Shown piece after piece: positions 34,795 through 46,903 of a stretch of 64,000 nucleotides of DNA. The stretch spans positions 248,001 through 312,000 of the forward strand of contig CBFFSA010000014.1 in assembly GCA_965644495.1 (NCBI GenBank), in the 5' to 3' direction. Each line of letters begins with the position of its first letter. The stretch's first letter is position 1. Under the pieces are notes generated by a model, which was not told the origin of the DNA, ran no database searches, and saw nothing but the letters and a program-made list of their open reading frames with translations. Origin of the DNA: Perkinsela sp. CCAP 1560/9 (taxonomy: Eukaryota > Protista > Euglenozoa: Kinetoplastea). A program made the translations under genes and the position numbers.

Positions 34795-35180
34795 AGCAAA
34801 AACTTCGAAGAACTTTATTAAAATAAGAGCCTCGTAATGTGTGATGACTGAACAGTTGTAGTTCTTTTTCTCTAACTATTGTCAAAAACGATCTCGTTTC
34901 TCCCGTAAGAGTATGAAAAACAACCGTCTGATAAAAGACAAAGCGAGAATTGGGTATCTTGACAGACTTCTAGTGAGGTAATATTCAGAATACAGTTGAC
35001 AGGATTCCTCCAATTTTTTGTTTTGTAGGAATTGCGCGTTGTCTATGTACATGTGTATAAGGCATACTTGTAAAATAACATTCACATGATTTTATGATCA
35101 TGACCACGTTGCGCCTCTGTAATGTTCAATATGTTTCTGTATTTTTTAAATATGCTCAGTAGAGTTTAGGAGTCCTGGCT

Positions 35181-36235
35181 TCATTGCCACATATGTACAG
35201 AATCAATATGTACATTTGGTGGTATTTGCTGCGGAATGGTACTTCTAATAGGATTTCCGATAAGCCCAAGCTCAGTCTCGGGTGACATAAGGGAAAAATC
35301 AACGCCACTAAATTTATTATAATCCAGTGAGAGGGTAACAAGAGAGGGAAGGATTTTATTTAACTGAAGGTCTCCTTTGAAAGAATTGGAGCTCAGATTA
35401 AGCTCGCTCAATTGGCCAGACTGAGTGTCCCAGAGAATTTATTTCCATTGAGAAGCAACGCTTCTAGCCCGTGGGGAAGCTTTCCGAGGTTCAGTTCTCC
35501 GCTAAGCTGTGTACTGCTAATCACAAGAACACGAAGCCCTTGTGGCAATAAATCAATTTCCAAGTCCCCTGTAAACAAATTGGCACTGAGGTTGAGATAT
35601 CGTAAAGAGGAGGGTAGCTTGTGCAACACCAAATGACCCGACAACTTGTTGTGCTCAAGCGAGAGTCCTGAGAGTCCTGGAGGGAGATGGAGCAAATCTA
35701 CAGGCCCACTGAGTTTGTTGTGGTTAAGATGTATTTCGTCCAATCCTTGTGGCAACTCTCCTAATCCCACGGGGCCTTGAAATCCATCATATTGTAGGTT
35801 GACAGTGCGTAGACTGTGTGGTAATGAGTCCAGAATAAGCTCACCAGTACATTCCTCACTGCACAGATACAACATAATGAGCTCCCCCGGTAGTGCGTGA
35901 AGTGAGGCATTGCCATGAAAGCCGTTGGAGCCCACGTGGAGGATTTGCGTAGTGGGGGGAAAACAATCCCACGCGAGATAGCCTCCAAGGTTCTGATGCG
36001 ACCAGTGCACCCTTCGCACCACGCCTTGCTCATCACATCCCACTCCAAACCAACGGCAGGCAGGAGTCGAGTGCGTCCAACTTTCATGGGGAGTGTGTAC
36101 GTGTTGAATCACACGGAGAAGAGAGAGCTCGGCGGAGAGCATTGCCCCGCGCACTTTTTGTGGTTTTCGTGTAGGGCTGGGGGTATCCCTTGCAAAACAC
36201 AATCCCGAAGAAGGAAAACAAAAGCTTGCTGACAT
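35181..36235 (-). pseudogene. LRR family gene with a frameshifting deletion near 35410
   Basis: LRRs stop at LSLAN* and resume in another frame as SELNLSSNSFKGDL; the LPxx linker is missing. Confidence 0.75.
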
Positions 36236-37172
36236 GAACCGATACTAAAATTACCAAAACAAAACAAAATTACACAATAGAGTAACAGAATTCAGAAAAT
36301 GTATTAAAAATTTACCTTAATGTAGCGTAGAAAAAGACGAAAAAAAGATCCCGGCTTATTGTGCTGGGTCCTCAAAAAATAGTGCTAAAAATTGTCCAAT
36401 TTTCGCAATAAAGATGGTCTGAGAAAGGCTTAAAAAGTACCCCTTTCCATTTTCGAAGGGACAACTCTGACTTCTATGTCGGGTGGGGATCATGTATGTC
36501 TTGTATGAGCTTCGCAAACTCGGCCTCTACGGGCAGTGACATTCCGCGTATTTTTCCAAGACGCGTTTTGGGATGGGCTTCTTCGGATGCTATAACACAG
36601 AGCATCAGCAAAAGTTTTAGGAAAAGTATAGGTCGTCGTGGAACGCATAACATTTTTCAGATGATTTTTTACATTTTCCACTCATCTACTCGCTTCATGC
36701 ATAAATGTATTGTGCGTGTGTTTCCTTCTTGGTTATATTCCTTCTTGGTGTATTTTGATGAGTGTTTCACCATTTCCATGGTAGTAAATTCCCATTTAAA
36801 GTTTAGACATAAGATTCGTCAGAAATTTTAGGATAGCACCAAAAAAAGAACTTTAGGATAGTATCAAAGCGTTCGGCAACACGTCAACGAATGGATTTAA
36901 AGTCCATTCAAAGTCACTTTAGAGAAGAGGAGTACAAGCCGATCTTTCTCTTGGCAACATGTTTTTGCAATAAAGTAATCGGTGTGGTGAGTGTTCAGAA
37001 AGACATTGTTCGTTCTAAACTTCCTTTAAAAGCCCTAGCGTAGTTGCGAAGGACCTACACCTGTTTGTTGTCCAAACACTCACCAAATTTTAGTGAGTGT
37101 TTGTCAAACATTCTCTCAAGTTTGTCTGAAAAACGACGCATCGGAATATAATATGCACTTTATGCCGGCGGC

Positions 37173-39182
37173 TTAAATCAGAAACGGCTTCACAATGCTG
37201 CCATCATGGCTAAAAAACATTGTTGAAACTGTAGGCAAAGTTGAAACTGACCCTTTTAACAGCGAAGTGTCTGAATCTTCGTCAAGACTTCCGGGTGATA
37301 ATGAAGAAAACGGCTTCTTCGGGTCTTTGTTTATCGCCTCAGAAATGTGATGCGTCCAATTCGGAAGACACGTGGGCCAACTGTAACTGGGTAGTTGGTC
37401 ACGTATTATGTTATGTCGGTCCCATTTTTCTGTATTCCCTACTTCGCGATGAGGAAAAATATGCTGATATGCCGTCGAATCGGCAGGAGGACATTCTTTC
37501 CAAACGGAAAATTCCTTTTCAAATTTGAGCAAAAGGTATTCACCAGGACCATTTTTCCGCGCGTAGTTTATCGTTTGTTCAAGAACATACGCAAGTGATG
37601 CAAAAGATTTCTCTATTAAATCGCGCTTAACATCGTCTTCCATGTTGCCAGTGTTGTGGGGAAGTCGGACTATGTTATCTGAATTGGATTCACAATAAAA
37701 TGTCTCTACATGCAAAATACTAGACGTATATGCATTTACTCGAACGCAATGAGTTTGAGGATAAAAGGGAATGACTGTGTGCAATCGAATACGTTCTGCC
37801 AGCGACAATATTTCGAATTGAAAACCTGTTGGATCATCCGGAATTTGATTGTACATTTTGTTGTGGTATTCCATCTTCACCAAGAGGTATTCGAAATATA
37901 CAACTTGGCGCACCAATAATTTCACAGGACCGACTTGCACAACACGATACACGAATTCTCCGCTCGAATCATCCACCTGTCGAAGCCCTTCTGCTCGAAT
38001 AGCGTTTCGAAAAAATATACGATTTTTATTCCGCGCAGAGCATGCGACTCTTGAAAGCGGCTTGCCCAAATAAAGAACCCCATCACGAGACACATGCGTG
38101 GGTACCCGCGCTCGGCTCGTCTCCACATCCGCCACCAGGTCACACAGCAGCGTGAGAAGCGTACCGAGTGATAGCACGACGTGACAACCCAACGCTTTGG
38201 CTTGCTCCCAACACTTCGGGTCCTTACTCACGGGAGGTCGGGTGAGTGGCTTGCGAAAACATTTCTTGGTCTTCGGCTTTTGATTTTCTTTAATTTCTGT
38301 GTTATTCCCATCCGTGGCGACGCTCTCGTGGTTGTACCGAAGACAAGGAGTAATCCCACTGGGGGAGAGGTTCACGTGCTGTCGTGGAGGTCCATGCAGG
38401 AAGGGGTTGAGTGTAATATCCATTTGATGAGGCGGTACGGTCTGAGGGAGTTGCAGAGGCTTTACGTGGGGAAGTGAAGCGTAGATCTGATGGGTAGTGG
38501 GGCCAAGCAGCTCCCCGTGTAACGGTGGCAATTTCTTCCAAATCTCCGGGCTGACCTCAAGGTTCGCTTTGGTGGCGCGGTTGTAATGGGTAGGATATTG
38601 CGAAAGTCGTTGTTTTCGGACTTCCATAAGGTTATCGATGGCGCTAATTACATGCGGAAAGACACCCAAACAGGTTTGACAAACATGCTCTTTAATTTTA
38701 TGCTCACACATACGGCAACGCCGGAAAGAACGCTTTTGCTCTTCAAAGTATTTGGGGTGCGTTCCATGTATCGTTTTCTTATCGGATGGCTCATTTGCAG
38801 CTGTACTCAATGATCTCTTCCTGGCGTGTGTATCGGCAGGTGTCATTTTTCTGCTTTCTGTTTCAGTGTGTAGTGCATCATTCGGGAGCAATTTGCGAAG
38901 TATTTCAACCGTATGTTTGGGAATTTCGGAAGTAATCTCGCGTGGAGGAGGAAATGATGCATAATCTTGCCATGAAATAAGAACCTTTTTTGCCGCCCGG
39001 GAAGCTTCATGTCCCGGAAGTTGAGTTCCAAAATGAACATGATCGCTCCGATTTAATTGCGAAGGGCCTGGTGGGAGTGCACGAGGAACTTTTGTCGGCA
39101 ACGACCATTCCTTCCACAAACTTTCAACGGGGGGAGAACTTGAGTTCATGTTGTCGTCGGCATTCTCTTCCGTATCACTCAT
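37173..39182 (-). CDS. NARG2/ICE2-like C-terminal-domain protein
   Basis: VP..V...VLYLGKPL...RNKNRIFF...Y.VVQVG..KLLVR...KMEY...FE.LS..E motif series. Confidence 0.55.
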   Translation of the reverse strand: MSDTEENADDNMNSSSPPVESLWKEWSLPTKVPRALPPGPSQLNRSDHVHFGTQLPGHEASRAAKKVLISWQDYASFPPPREITSEIPKHTVEILRKLLPNDALHTETESRKMTPADTHARKRSLSTAANEPSDKKTIHGTHPKYFEEQKRSFRRCRMCEHKIKEHVCQTCLGVFPHVISAIDNLMEVRKQRLSQYPTHYNRATKANLEVSPEIWKKLPPLHGELLGPTTHQIYASLPHVKPLQLPQTVPPHQMDITLNPFLHGPPRQHVNLSPSGITPCLRYNHESVATDGNNTEIKENQKPKTKKCFRKPLTRPPVSKDPKCWEQAKALGCHVVLSLGTLLTLLCDLVADVETSRARVPTHVSRDGVLYLGKPLSRVACSARNKNRIFFRNAIRAEGLRQVDDSSGEFVYRVVQVGPVKLLVRQVVYFEYLLVKMEYHNKMYNQIPDDPTGFQFEILSLAERIRLHTVIPFYPQTHCVRVNAYTSSILHVETFYCESNSDNIVRLPHNTGNMEDDVKRDLIEKSFASLAYVLEQTINYARKNGPGEYLLLKFEKEFSVWKECPPADSTAYQHIFPHREVGNTEKWDRHNIIRDQLPSYSWPTCLPNWTHHISEAINKDPKKPFSSLSPGSLDEDSDTSLLKGSVSTLPTVSTMFFSHDGSIVKPFLI

Positions 39183-39620
39183 GGAGTACGTATGTGTGAG
39201 TCTAGAAATCAAACCTTTAAATACAAAGAGATGGTCTCCTCAACTCAGAGTTCACTGTTTTAGTTTGGGATAAAACAATTTACTACATTTACAAAATAAA
39301 ATGTATTAATACGCACGGAGATGAAATCTGACAGTGCATCAAAGCACATACCCCGCACATTCATTTTCTATATGTATTTATACACTTTGTGCATCCATTT
39401 TAAATAATGGCCGGCTGGAAATATTGAGTCTTGATCACTGACTATCCGCTAAATGCGACACTTGTTTTTACAATGAAGGCAACCTCTCTGTGCCTTGCAG
39501 ATTGGAAGCCGTTGTGCTTCTATATTGAAGAGTCCTTCTACCATTTAAGAGTGGTTGCATAAAGGTCTCTGAGAACAGAAAAAATTATAGCTTAGCACTC
39601 TGCGAACCAGAATTCTTTCT

Positions 39621-40019
39621 CTATACGTTCCATTTCCAACCGGCAAAAAAGTTAAGCACACCCAGTACAGTTAGGTAGGCAGCAATAATAATACCCCACC
39701 CTTTCCACATTAACCCCGCAAGAAAAATATAGAAGAGCCCACGACCAGTGCGGGTTGTGAGAAATTTACAGTAAACCTCAAAGCGAGGTGTCCGAAGAAA
39801 TCCAAGTTCGGCTACCAGTGATATCATAGCGAACACTATGAGATAGAAATGTACCAACGTCCATCGTAGTGATGTAAAGTGGCATAACATATACGCGTTG
39901 TATGCAGCAAGGCCCAGCCCCCCAATAGCTCCGGCAATGAGCAGAACCCACCGAATGGACTGTAGACTGCGAGGCCTGGACTCTACAGTGGTGCGATACC
40001 CCGATGAGGAATCCTCCAT
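39621..40019 (-). CDS. COPI-associated / TVP15-like membrane protein
   Basis: Several TM segments, FL.T.TGRGLFYIF motif. Confidence 0.8.
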   Translation of the reverse strand: MEDSSSGYRTTVESRPRSLQSIRWVLLIAGAIGGLGLAAYNAYMLCHFTSLRWTLVHFYLIVFAMISLVAELGFLRTPRFEVYCKFLTTRTGRGLFYIFLAGLMWKGWGIIIAAYLTVLGVLNFFAGWKWNV

Positions 40020-40296
40020 AAAGGTTCAGTAAAGTAAGTAGAAAGCAGCAATCTAAAAAGTACTTTGTGAATCCTCTACTTATACGATGAAAAATTTGAG
40101 TACGCGTTGCGTTCCTTCTCAGGCTCCAATAACACACCTTTCAGAAAGCAAACAACCCAACAGATGATCATGTTTCATTGTCTATACTTCAGGGGAATGA
40201 CTGTCACATTTTCGAAAGTTAGTAGAACACAGCGCATCAGTAAAAACATGTACAGTGATACCCATAGTCTCGAAGAGAAAATTCAGAAGATACATC

Positions 40297-41250
40297 TCAC
40301 CCCATCACCTCTGTTTTATACTTTTCAAACGGCAGAACGCTTAAAGCGTTTAGAGCTGTGTTTAAGCCTAAATCCATTGTTTCCGTAAGCATGTTCTCCG
40401 CTAAATTTTGCAAATGTAGTCGAGCATTCGGTTTGCCAACGTTGCTTACGTCATCCTCTTCTTTTCCACTGCGCAGTGCCTTTTCATATTGCAATGCAAG
40501 GGAAGCCATCTTCTTGAGATTTTCCACGCGGTTTTTGTTTTTCACCACTCTCGAACCCTCTCGCAGGGCGTTCTCCCACCCCTTTTTGTACACATTCTGC
40601 AACATATTCATCTCGTGCTCATTTTTACGATACTCCACGGGCATACTATAGTACTGTCGATTAAGATTATGCATCAGCGCCTGTATGGAGGGAGGGTTAA
40701 GAAACCCCACGTTGGAGGTAGTCTGTCGGGGCTCCTTTCCCGTCATCATCGCACTCTGCGGAATACACCGAAACGCGTCCATCACCACTCTCCCCCGGAC
40801 ACTCTGAATCGGATCCACCACCACCGACACCGACCGCGGGTTGAGCTGCTCAAAACTCTGCGCCGTACTCACATCCACCCCTGAGAGCCAGCACCCGAAC
40901 CCGGGGTGGGAGTGGTACCACCCCACCACCTTCTCCGGGCGCCCCACGAGCTCCAGCTTGGCCAGCATCCCGGCCTGGTACTCCGGGTCCACGGCCTCGA
41001 CGGAGATCCCGGTGCCGCTCTGGGGCATGGAGAACACGTCGACGACCCGCACGGTGTACTCGTCGAGGAACTCCCCGACCATCAGCCCCATCACCTCCAT
41101 CGGGACCCCCGCGCGCCCGTGCAGCAGCATCTTGAGGAGCGCGAGGGGGGAGAGGTGGACGGTCTCGGCGGTGTCCGCGACCGGGAGGTCCACCCCCTCG
41201 GGGGAGCCCCGCGACCCCTGGAGCTGGCGCAGGATCGCGTTCAGATCCAT
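40297..41250 (-). CDS. RPN11: 26S proteasome lid deubiquitinase
   Basis: DTAE.V.LS.LALLKML.HGRAGVPMEVMGLM; VVGWYHSHPGFGCWLSGVD (JAMM motif). Confidence 0.97.
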   Translation of the reverse strand: MDLNAILRQLQGSRGSPEGVDLPVADTAETVHLSPLALLKMLLHGRAGVPMEVMGLMVGEFLDEYTVRVVDVFSMPQSGTGISVEAVDPEYQAGMLAKLELVGRPEKVVGWYHSHPGFGCWLSGVDVSTAQSFEQLNPRSVSVVVDPIQSVRGRVVMDAFRCIPQSAMMTGKEPRQTTSNVGFLNPPSIQALMHNLNRQYYSMPVEYRKNEHEMNMLQNVYKKGWENALREGSRVVKNKNRVENLKKMASLALQYEKALRSGKEEDDVSNVGKPNARLHLQNLAENMLTETMDLGLNTALNALSVLPFEKYKTEVMG

Positions 41251-42423
41251 GGGGAAAAGGAAAAGGAGGAAGAGAGGTAAAAAAATAAAGGCGGGTGAAA
41301 ATGGTGAAAAAAGTGAGAATCTCGTTTTTGATTGCACACAAAAATATTTACCGTCCCCCCATTTACTGTGACCCCCCCTTTAATATGCACAAAATTGAAG
41401 CTGAAGAAAGTTCGTGTAGTGAGACCGATTTGATTTTTTTCCTTTTTTATTCTGTTTGGAAAGTCACTTAGGATACCAACTTCCAACATTATGTTACTCA
41501 ATACTGTAGACTTTTTAGCTTTCTCTATCTGCTTCTCTATCCGCTTAAAATCTTCTCTATCTGCTTCTCTTCGTCAACACATGTCGCACACGGACGGTGT
41601 ACCGACAACCGTTCATAGAATAAAAGGTCCGCTGTCGAGTTGGGCTGGGTCAGCGCCACCTTCCCCACAGGTAGGGGAACGGGCACCTGTTCTACAAACT
41701 AATACACCTCCAACGCCGTTGGAGGTTGTACCGTTGAACTGTAAAAGAAAAAAAGCGGCAGCGAGTTGAACTCACAATTTACGACAAACGCGAGATTTGT
41801 CGATCCCAGGACTCAGTGAAGGCTATTCGAGAAAAGTACGGGATATCCATACCCCAACAGTTAATTTACCAATTAACCGTGTTAATTAACCATTAATTAA
41901 CCAGTAGTTAATTTGGTTAACCACAAAGCGGTTTCGCGGATGCGCGCACAGCGAGGTGTAAGAATGTGTACGTTTTGTGTACTCAGCGAGAGGTGGAGTG
42001 AAGAGGTGAATAGGCAGCGACTTTGAGGGGCGGAAAGGGGTGAGATCTCGCATTTTCATTGGAAAGTATGCAGCAGGTCTAAGTTCGTGTTGGTCCGTGA
42101 TGAGGTGTGTGGTAATCCGTGTGGATTCGTGTAGAATTTGTTTTGGCATTCTTTGAGAGAGGCTCAATGGCTCGGCCGCTAGGAGGAAGGTATTGTAGAC
42201 CAGGGATAGAATTAGTTAAACCACCCTTTATGTTCCTGATCTAAGACGTCTTGATCTAAGTAACTTTATGTTGCTGGTCTAAGATGTCGTAATGGAGCCT
42301 GTATCAGTCATCATTATTTGCTGGTTTGAATCTCTGCTTGAAGATACTGGTTTGTTTTGGTTTTTGTTTCGTTTTGCTGCGATCTCGGGATACACTTGAG
42401 GGGCTGCGGGTGAGGCCCAATAT

Positions 42424-42482
42424 GAGATCACGCGAGATCATGCGACATCACGTGAGATCATGCGAGATCACGCGAGATCTCA
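42424..42482. repeat. 10-bp tandem repeat (GAGATCAYGC) x~6
   Basis: Direct reading. Confidence 0.85.
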
Positions 42483-43079
42483 CTAAAGTGGATTTGTCTC
42501 GGGACGGTGGTCGGACGATATCATATCTCGAAGAACAGTTTACGACATCCGTGCGACTGGGATTTACCCGGACAGTGGTTTAGTTAAAACACGTCACTTG
42601 AAAGAAAAGTTGAATAACAGCTGAAAGAATAACAACTGAAGGAATAAATCCGCTTAGGCACATACTAATAATCCTTATGATGGTAATGGTCGTTCCCACA
42701 CGAAAATATCGGATTTAGCGCTCTCAGAACAAAAATACTCAAAAACGCCCCCATTTTTACCTAAAAATCGGCGATTTTTGGTTCAAATCCTTCCGGTTTT
42801 TTCGGCTTCCTTTTTTTAGGCTTTTTTTCGCGAAGCTCGCAACATGAGTGACTTCTCACTTGAAAACAACCACCGCGTTTAACGAAGAGCCTAAAAAAGA
42901 AAAATATTAAGAATGAACTAGATAAAACTACTATAAATCGGGAAAAAAAGTGTTTCTGTGTAAGTCTGTGTGAATTCGTGTACATCCGTGTAGGTTCGTG
43001 TAGGTTTTTTTGAACCCCAACCTAGCCCATCTGCAGACTCTCCATTGTAATCGATCTAATACCCCAAAAAACAAAGTTG

Positions 43080-43540
43080 ACTTCGGGTTCAGCATTGGAA
43101 GACACATATGCATGCTTTCGGAAGCTTTCGTTAGGAGAAGATGGGGAATGATACAGTGCCTGTCTCCGGCAGACGTGGAACATAGGATCTCAGTGTTTCT
43201 CACAGTTTACCTTCAGAATGCCGTTCGGAAACTCGTTCTGCTTTTTTCGGGGATGAAACGGCGATGTTGGTAAACGGTGAGGTACAAGGATATACGCTAG
43301 AGCAGATCGGATACCTGCAACCGAAGGTGGTCGACACAAATCCCAAGGAAACTGTTACCGTCTTCCTGGCTGGAATATATGACTTTGCCCTAGATAAAGT
43401 TTACCCTCTTTACCCAACTGATATATTCAACCACAGCGCCAAGAATCGTGAGAGTTCTAGCATTTATGCTGAAATGACGCGCCAGGCTTCCGCTCTTACT
43501 GGAATATACGCGGATGTTAGTCAATCTGGTTGGGTAAAGG
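43080..43540 (+). mobile_element. Degenerate pogo/Tc5-like DDE transposase fragment
   Basis: FFGDETAML...TLEQIG...KETVTVFL...SGWV; frameshifted. Confidence 0.45.
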
Positions 43541-44634
43541 GAGATAACCCCCCTCTCATTAATAATTATAAACCTCTAAAAATCATTAACATGTTGGTTT
43601 ATAGGAAATTAATTAGACTATAATTCTGAGTCTCACTTTTATAATTATAAACCCCAAATTCTTCATTTTTTATCTAGAAAGTCATCTGTACCACATGCTT
43701 TGCACTAAAAACTGCTTCCAAGTTGAGTAAAGTGTCTCGAAAATCAAGAATTTGAAGCCCATAATAAGAAAAATTCACTTAATAAGTGAATTTTTATTGA
43801 TGAATTTTTATTTCTATTGATGATTTCTATTGATGAATTTTCATTTTAATACGGTCCCCCCCACTTAAGCGCAACCAGGTTTTGGCCTAAAATTGCGCAT
43901 AAGTAGCCGGGTCAATAAAAGGGGTGAAAAAAAATTTTCGCGCCGCTTCGCGGCGCGTGTTTCAATCATGAGTTATGTACGCGGGGTGCCCCGGGGGGCT
44001 GCTTTTTATACACTCCCCCTCTAATTTCTATAAAATATATTTTATAAAAAAAATGAGTTATAAAACCCACACAGCGAATAAGTCACCCCCCTCTTTTTTT
44101 TGTACAACGAGGCTTAGGGGGGTTGCGGCACCACTTTTTCGTTCAAAATTTTGAGATCTGCACGTTCCCGCTGTTTTTAGACCTCTTCACAGATAACAAA
44201 TTAAAACTCATTTTTTTAATGACGTTTTTACATAGTCATGCCAATATTACCTGAAAAATCTCATGTTCCTCGACCAGGGGGGAGAAGGGGGTCAACATGA
44301 AAATAGTGTCACAGATCTTCGCTAGGGGAACGAGATCTCTCGATTGCAACAAAAATGATGAAAAACAGATAACAAACATTCAATTTGTCACGTGGTGGAA
44401 TATTTGTCTTTGATTGGTTATTTCTTGAAACGGTGATAAATCAACTTTTTTAAGCTGTCCCCTTTACTTTTTGCTTGAAGGGGCCTAAGGGGGTCAAGAT
44501 ATCATTTTCTCGTTCAAAATTCTGAGATCTACACGTTCCCACCATTTTTAGATCATTTTAGAAACTGAAAAAGAAAATTGTTTTTAGGTTCTATTTTTTT
44601 GCATCGTCATACCACACTAATTTAAGAAAACAAA

Positions 44635-45860
44635 GGTGAAACTGAAGCAAAATTCGGTTTTTTTTCAGCTTTTGTCTATCAAATTCTCTGATTGTAGAAA
44701 ATACTTCTCCAGAGATCGTATTCATATTTTCTTGAGTTTTTCGCTATTCTTTTCGCCATTTTCAGTTACTTGGTCTATCTTTCCATGCCTTGCACGGGGT
44801 GTGTTGGGTTTTTTTGTCGGCGAAAGCTGACAATAAGTAAGATTGCAACTTGGACTGAAAAGCAGTGTGTGGAGTGGCTACAAGATCATAAGTTGGTGGC
44901 ACAAAAGGTCATATGTTGCAAGCGAAATCACACGAGTGACCACACTATGGAAATGAATGGTGAAAAATGGAAGTGCACGAAGTCTTGCAAAGGGATATAT
45001 GAGAAGACGGGTCCACTGTTGCCGGGCAGGGTGCAGCGAAGCGCTAAACAAACACTGAAGTACATTGTACTTTACGTTCGGGGGAATAGACATGAGGTGT
45101 CTGTTGCAGAGACGGAGCTCAGTGAGAAAACAATTATATCACTACGTCAGTGGATTGATTCCATCATGACAACTTGTCATGTGCGTCGACGCGCCCGACA
45201 AAGAGGGAGCGTCCACTCGATGCAGTGTGATGAAACTTTTTTCTCGGTTCGGAAACGTCACCGAGGTAGTCACGGTTCGAGGAGCGTGCGCGCAGAAGGT
45301 ACGCAAGTAGCCCAAACAGTTGCGGCGACGACTCGAAACAACAAGTTATCCGAAATTTTAATGCAAGTAGTACCAGATCGCACTGCTGGTTCTCTTGTCC
45401 CCGGAATTACAGAACTAGCCACAGGAGAACGTACCAGAATTTGGACAGACGGCGCTCGTCACAATATTCGTCTCGGGCAGAACTACAAGTGGGAAAGCGT
45501 CAACCACCGTCGACAGTGGGTCACAAAGGAAGGTGTGCACACAAACACTGTGGAGTGTGCGAACTCAATCGTCAAGAAGCGTTCAAAGCGTGAAGGTGGT
45601 GTGTTGGGCCGGAAAGGCGCCCGGAGAGATGATCGGGTGCAGGCCTACGCAGAGCAGGGAAGCGGAAGTTTGAAGTGTAATGGGGGGGATGCTTTGTTGC
45701 GCGTGCTTGAAAATTTAAAAGAGCATTGCGCTTGCGTATACGTATAGTGTCCGCTTTTTAAGTCTAAAGTTGTGAGTTTAAGTTTTTCAACATTTTTTGA
45801 GCATTTTTTGAACAGATTTATGAAAAAAACGAAAAAAACGAATTTTACTTCAGTTTAGCC
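44635..45860 (+). mobile_element. Merlin (IS1595-like) DNA transposon
   Basis: Imperfect TIRs GGTGAAACTGAAGCAAAATTCG / CGAATTTTACTTCAGTTTAGCC flank an intact transposase; no clear target-site duplication. Confidence 0.85.
44785..45747 (+). CDS. Merlin/IS1595-family DDE transposase
   Basis: N-terminal Cys/His ribbon; CDE..RK..RG, VPDRTA.SL, WTDG, VNH...GVHTNTVE. Confidence 0.92.
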   Translation: MPCTGCVGFFCRRKLTISKIATWTEKQCVEWLQDHKLVAQKVICCKRNHTSDHTMEMNGEKWKCTKSCKGIYEKTGPLLPGRVQRSAKQTLKYIVLYVRGNRHEVSVAETELSEKTIISLRQWIDSIMTTCHVRRRARQRGSVHSMQCDETFFSVRKRHRGSHGSRSVRAEGTQVAQTVAATTRNNKLSEILMQVVPDRTAGSLVPGITELATGERTRIWTDGARHNIRLGQNYKWESVNHRRQWVTKEGVHTNTVECANSIVKKRSKREGGVLGRKGARRDDRVQAYAEQGSGSLKCNGGDALLRVLENLKEHCACVYV

Positions 45861-46062
45861 AGTTTTTTTCATTGAATATAGTTACTACATAGTACTATAT
45901 TTACTATATTTTACTATAAAACTATAAGAAAACTATAAAGTTTTTTTCACACTACAAGTGATATTTTTTGAGTCCTCTCCGCTTGTGAAGGACATACACA
46001 CGCCTCTACATGCGTTCTTACACGCTTACATACGTATGATATGATAAGAAATTCTGAAAAAA

Positions 46063-46260
46063 ATGTAACCCAAGCTAAAGTGGACGAGGGAGATACTAAA
46101 AGCACCTTTGGCAAACCACCATAAAAATGGAAGGGTATGTCCCTTAAAGATTCTTTGGGCACGTCGGAATCCTTTACAAACCGGGAGATATCATTCCATT
46201 TTTGTGGTGGTTTAAAGGTGCTTTTAGAACCTCCCTCGTCCACTTTATCCTGGGTTACAT
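46063..46260. mobile_element. ~198-bp foldback MITE
   Basis: ATGTAACCCA..AAAGTGGACGAGGGAG ... CTCCCTCGTCCACTTT..TGGGTTACAT; about 70-bp imperfect inverted repeats. Confidence 0.85.
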
Positions 46261-46903
46261 AGCTATCGAAACATCCTCCCTCTTCCCCGCGATTCCATCA
46301 CCGCCGAAAAATATCATCAACTGGTGTGTCATCTCCTCGGAAATAGCAATGAAACGCATGCGAAAGGAGTGACGATAGGAAGTACAAACTCTCCACTCGA
46401 CAACACACCGCGTAATTTATTCAGACTCATATGATTGTATTTATTCAAACTCATAGAATTGTGAGCAGCAGTTATTCAGTCCCAAGACATAACGTCGGTG
46501 GCTCCAGCCAACGCGCGGCGACAGCGATGCAGTGAGAAGATGTTCGGGACGCAAGGTTCGCACAAGGCAATCTGTCAAGGCCACGCGATGGGACTGGGGT
46601 ACGTCCCCTCCTGACACAAGTTACATTCAACCGCTTGTTTACTTCCCTCCGTGTGCAGCAGTTCAATAAAATAATCTTTGCAGAAACTATCCCTCGTAAA
46701 TTTAATTTCGGGCATCAATTTTCGGGTTTAAAAATAAGAAAAATCGTACACAAATGAATTCGCCGTGTATTTATGGCGTGTTGGTGAGCTTCGGAGTGCT
46801 TAAAATGTGAAACAAAAAAATATAGTTTTTTATAGTTTTCGAAAAAAGTTTATAGTAACTATATAGTACTATATTGATAGTTTTATAGTTTCTGCGAACC
46901 CTG

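Noticed and set aside
36490-36900. Possible further Merlin C-terminal relic (MVKHS...GKHTHNT)
   Set aside because: Too degenerate to support without a search.
42780-42797. GGTTCAAATCC tRNA B-box-like motif
   Set aside because: No D-arm, anticodon arm or acceptor stem found.
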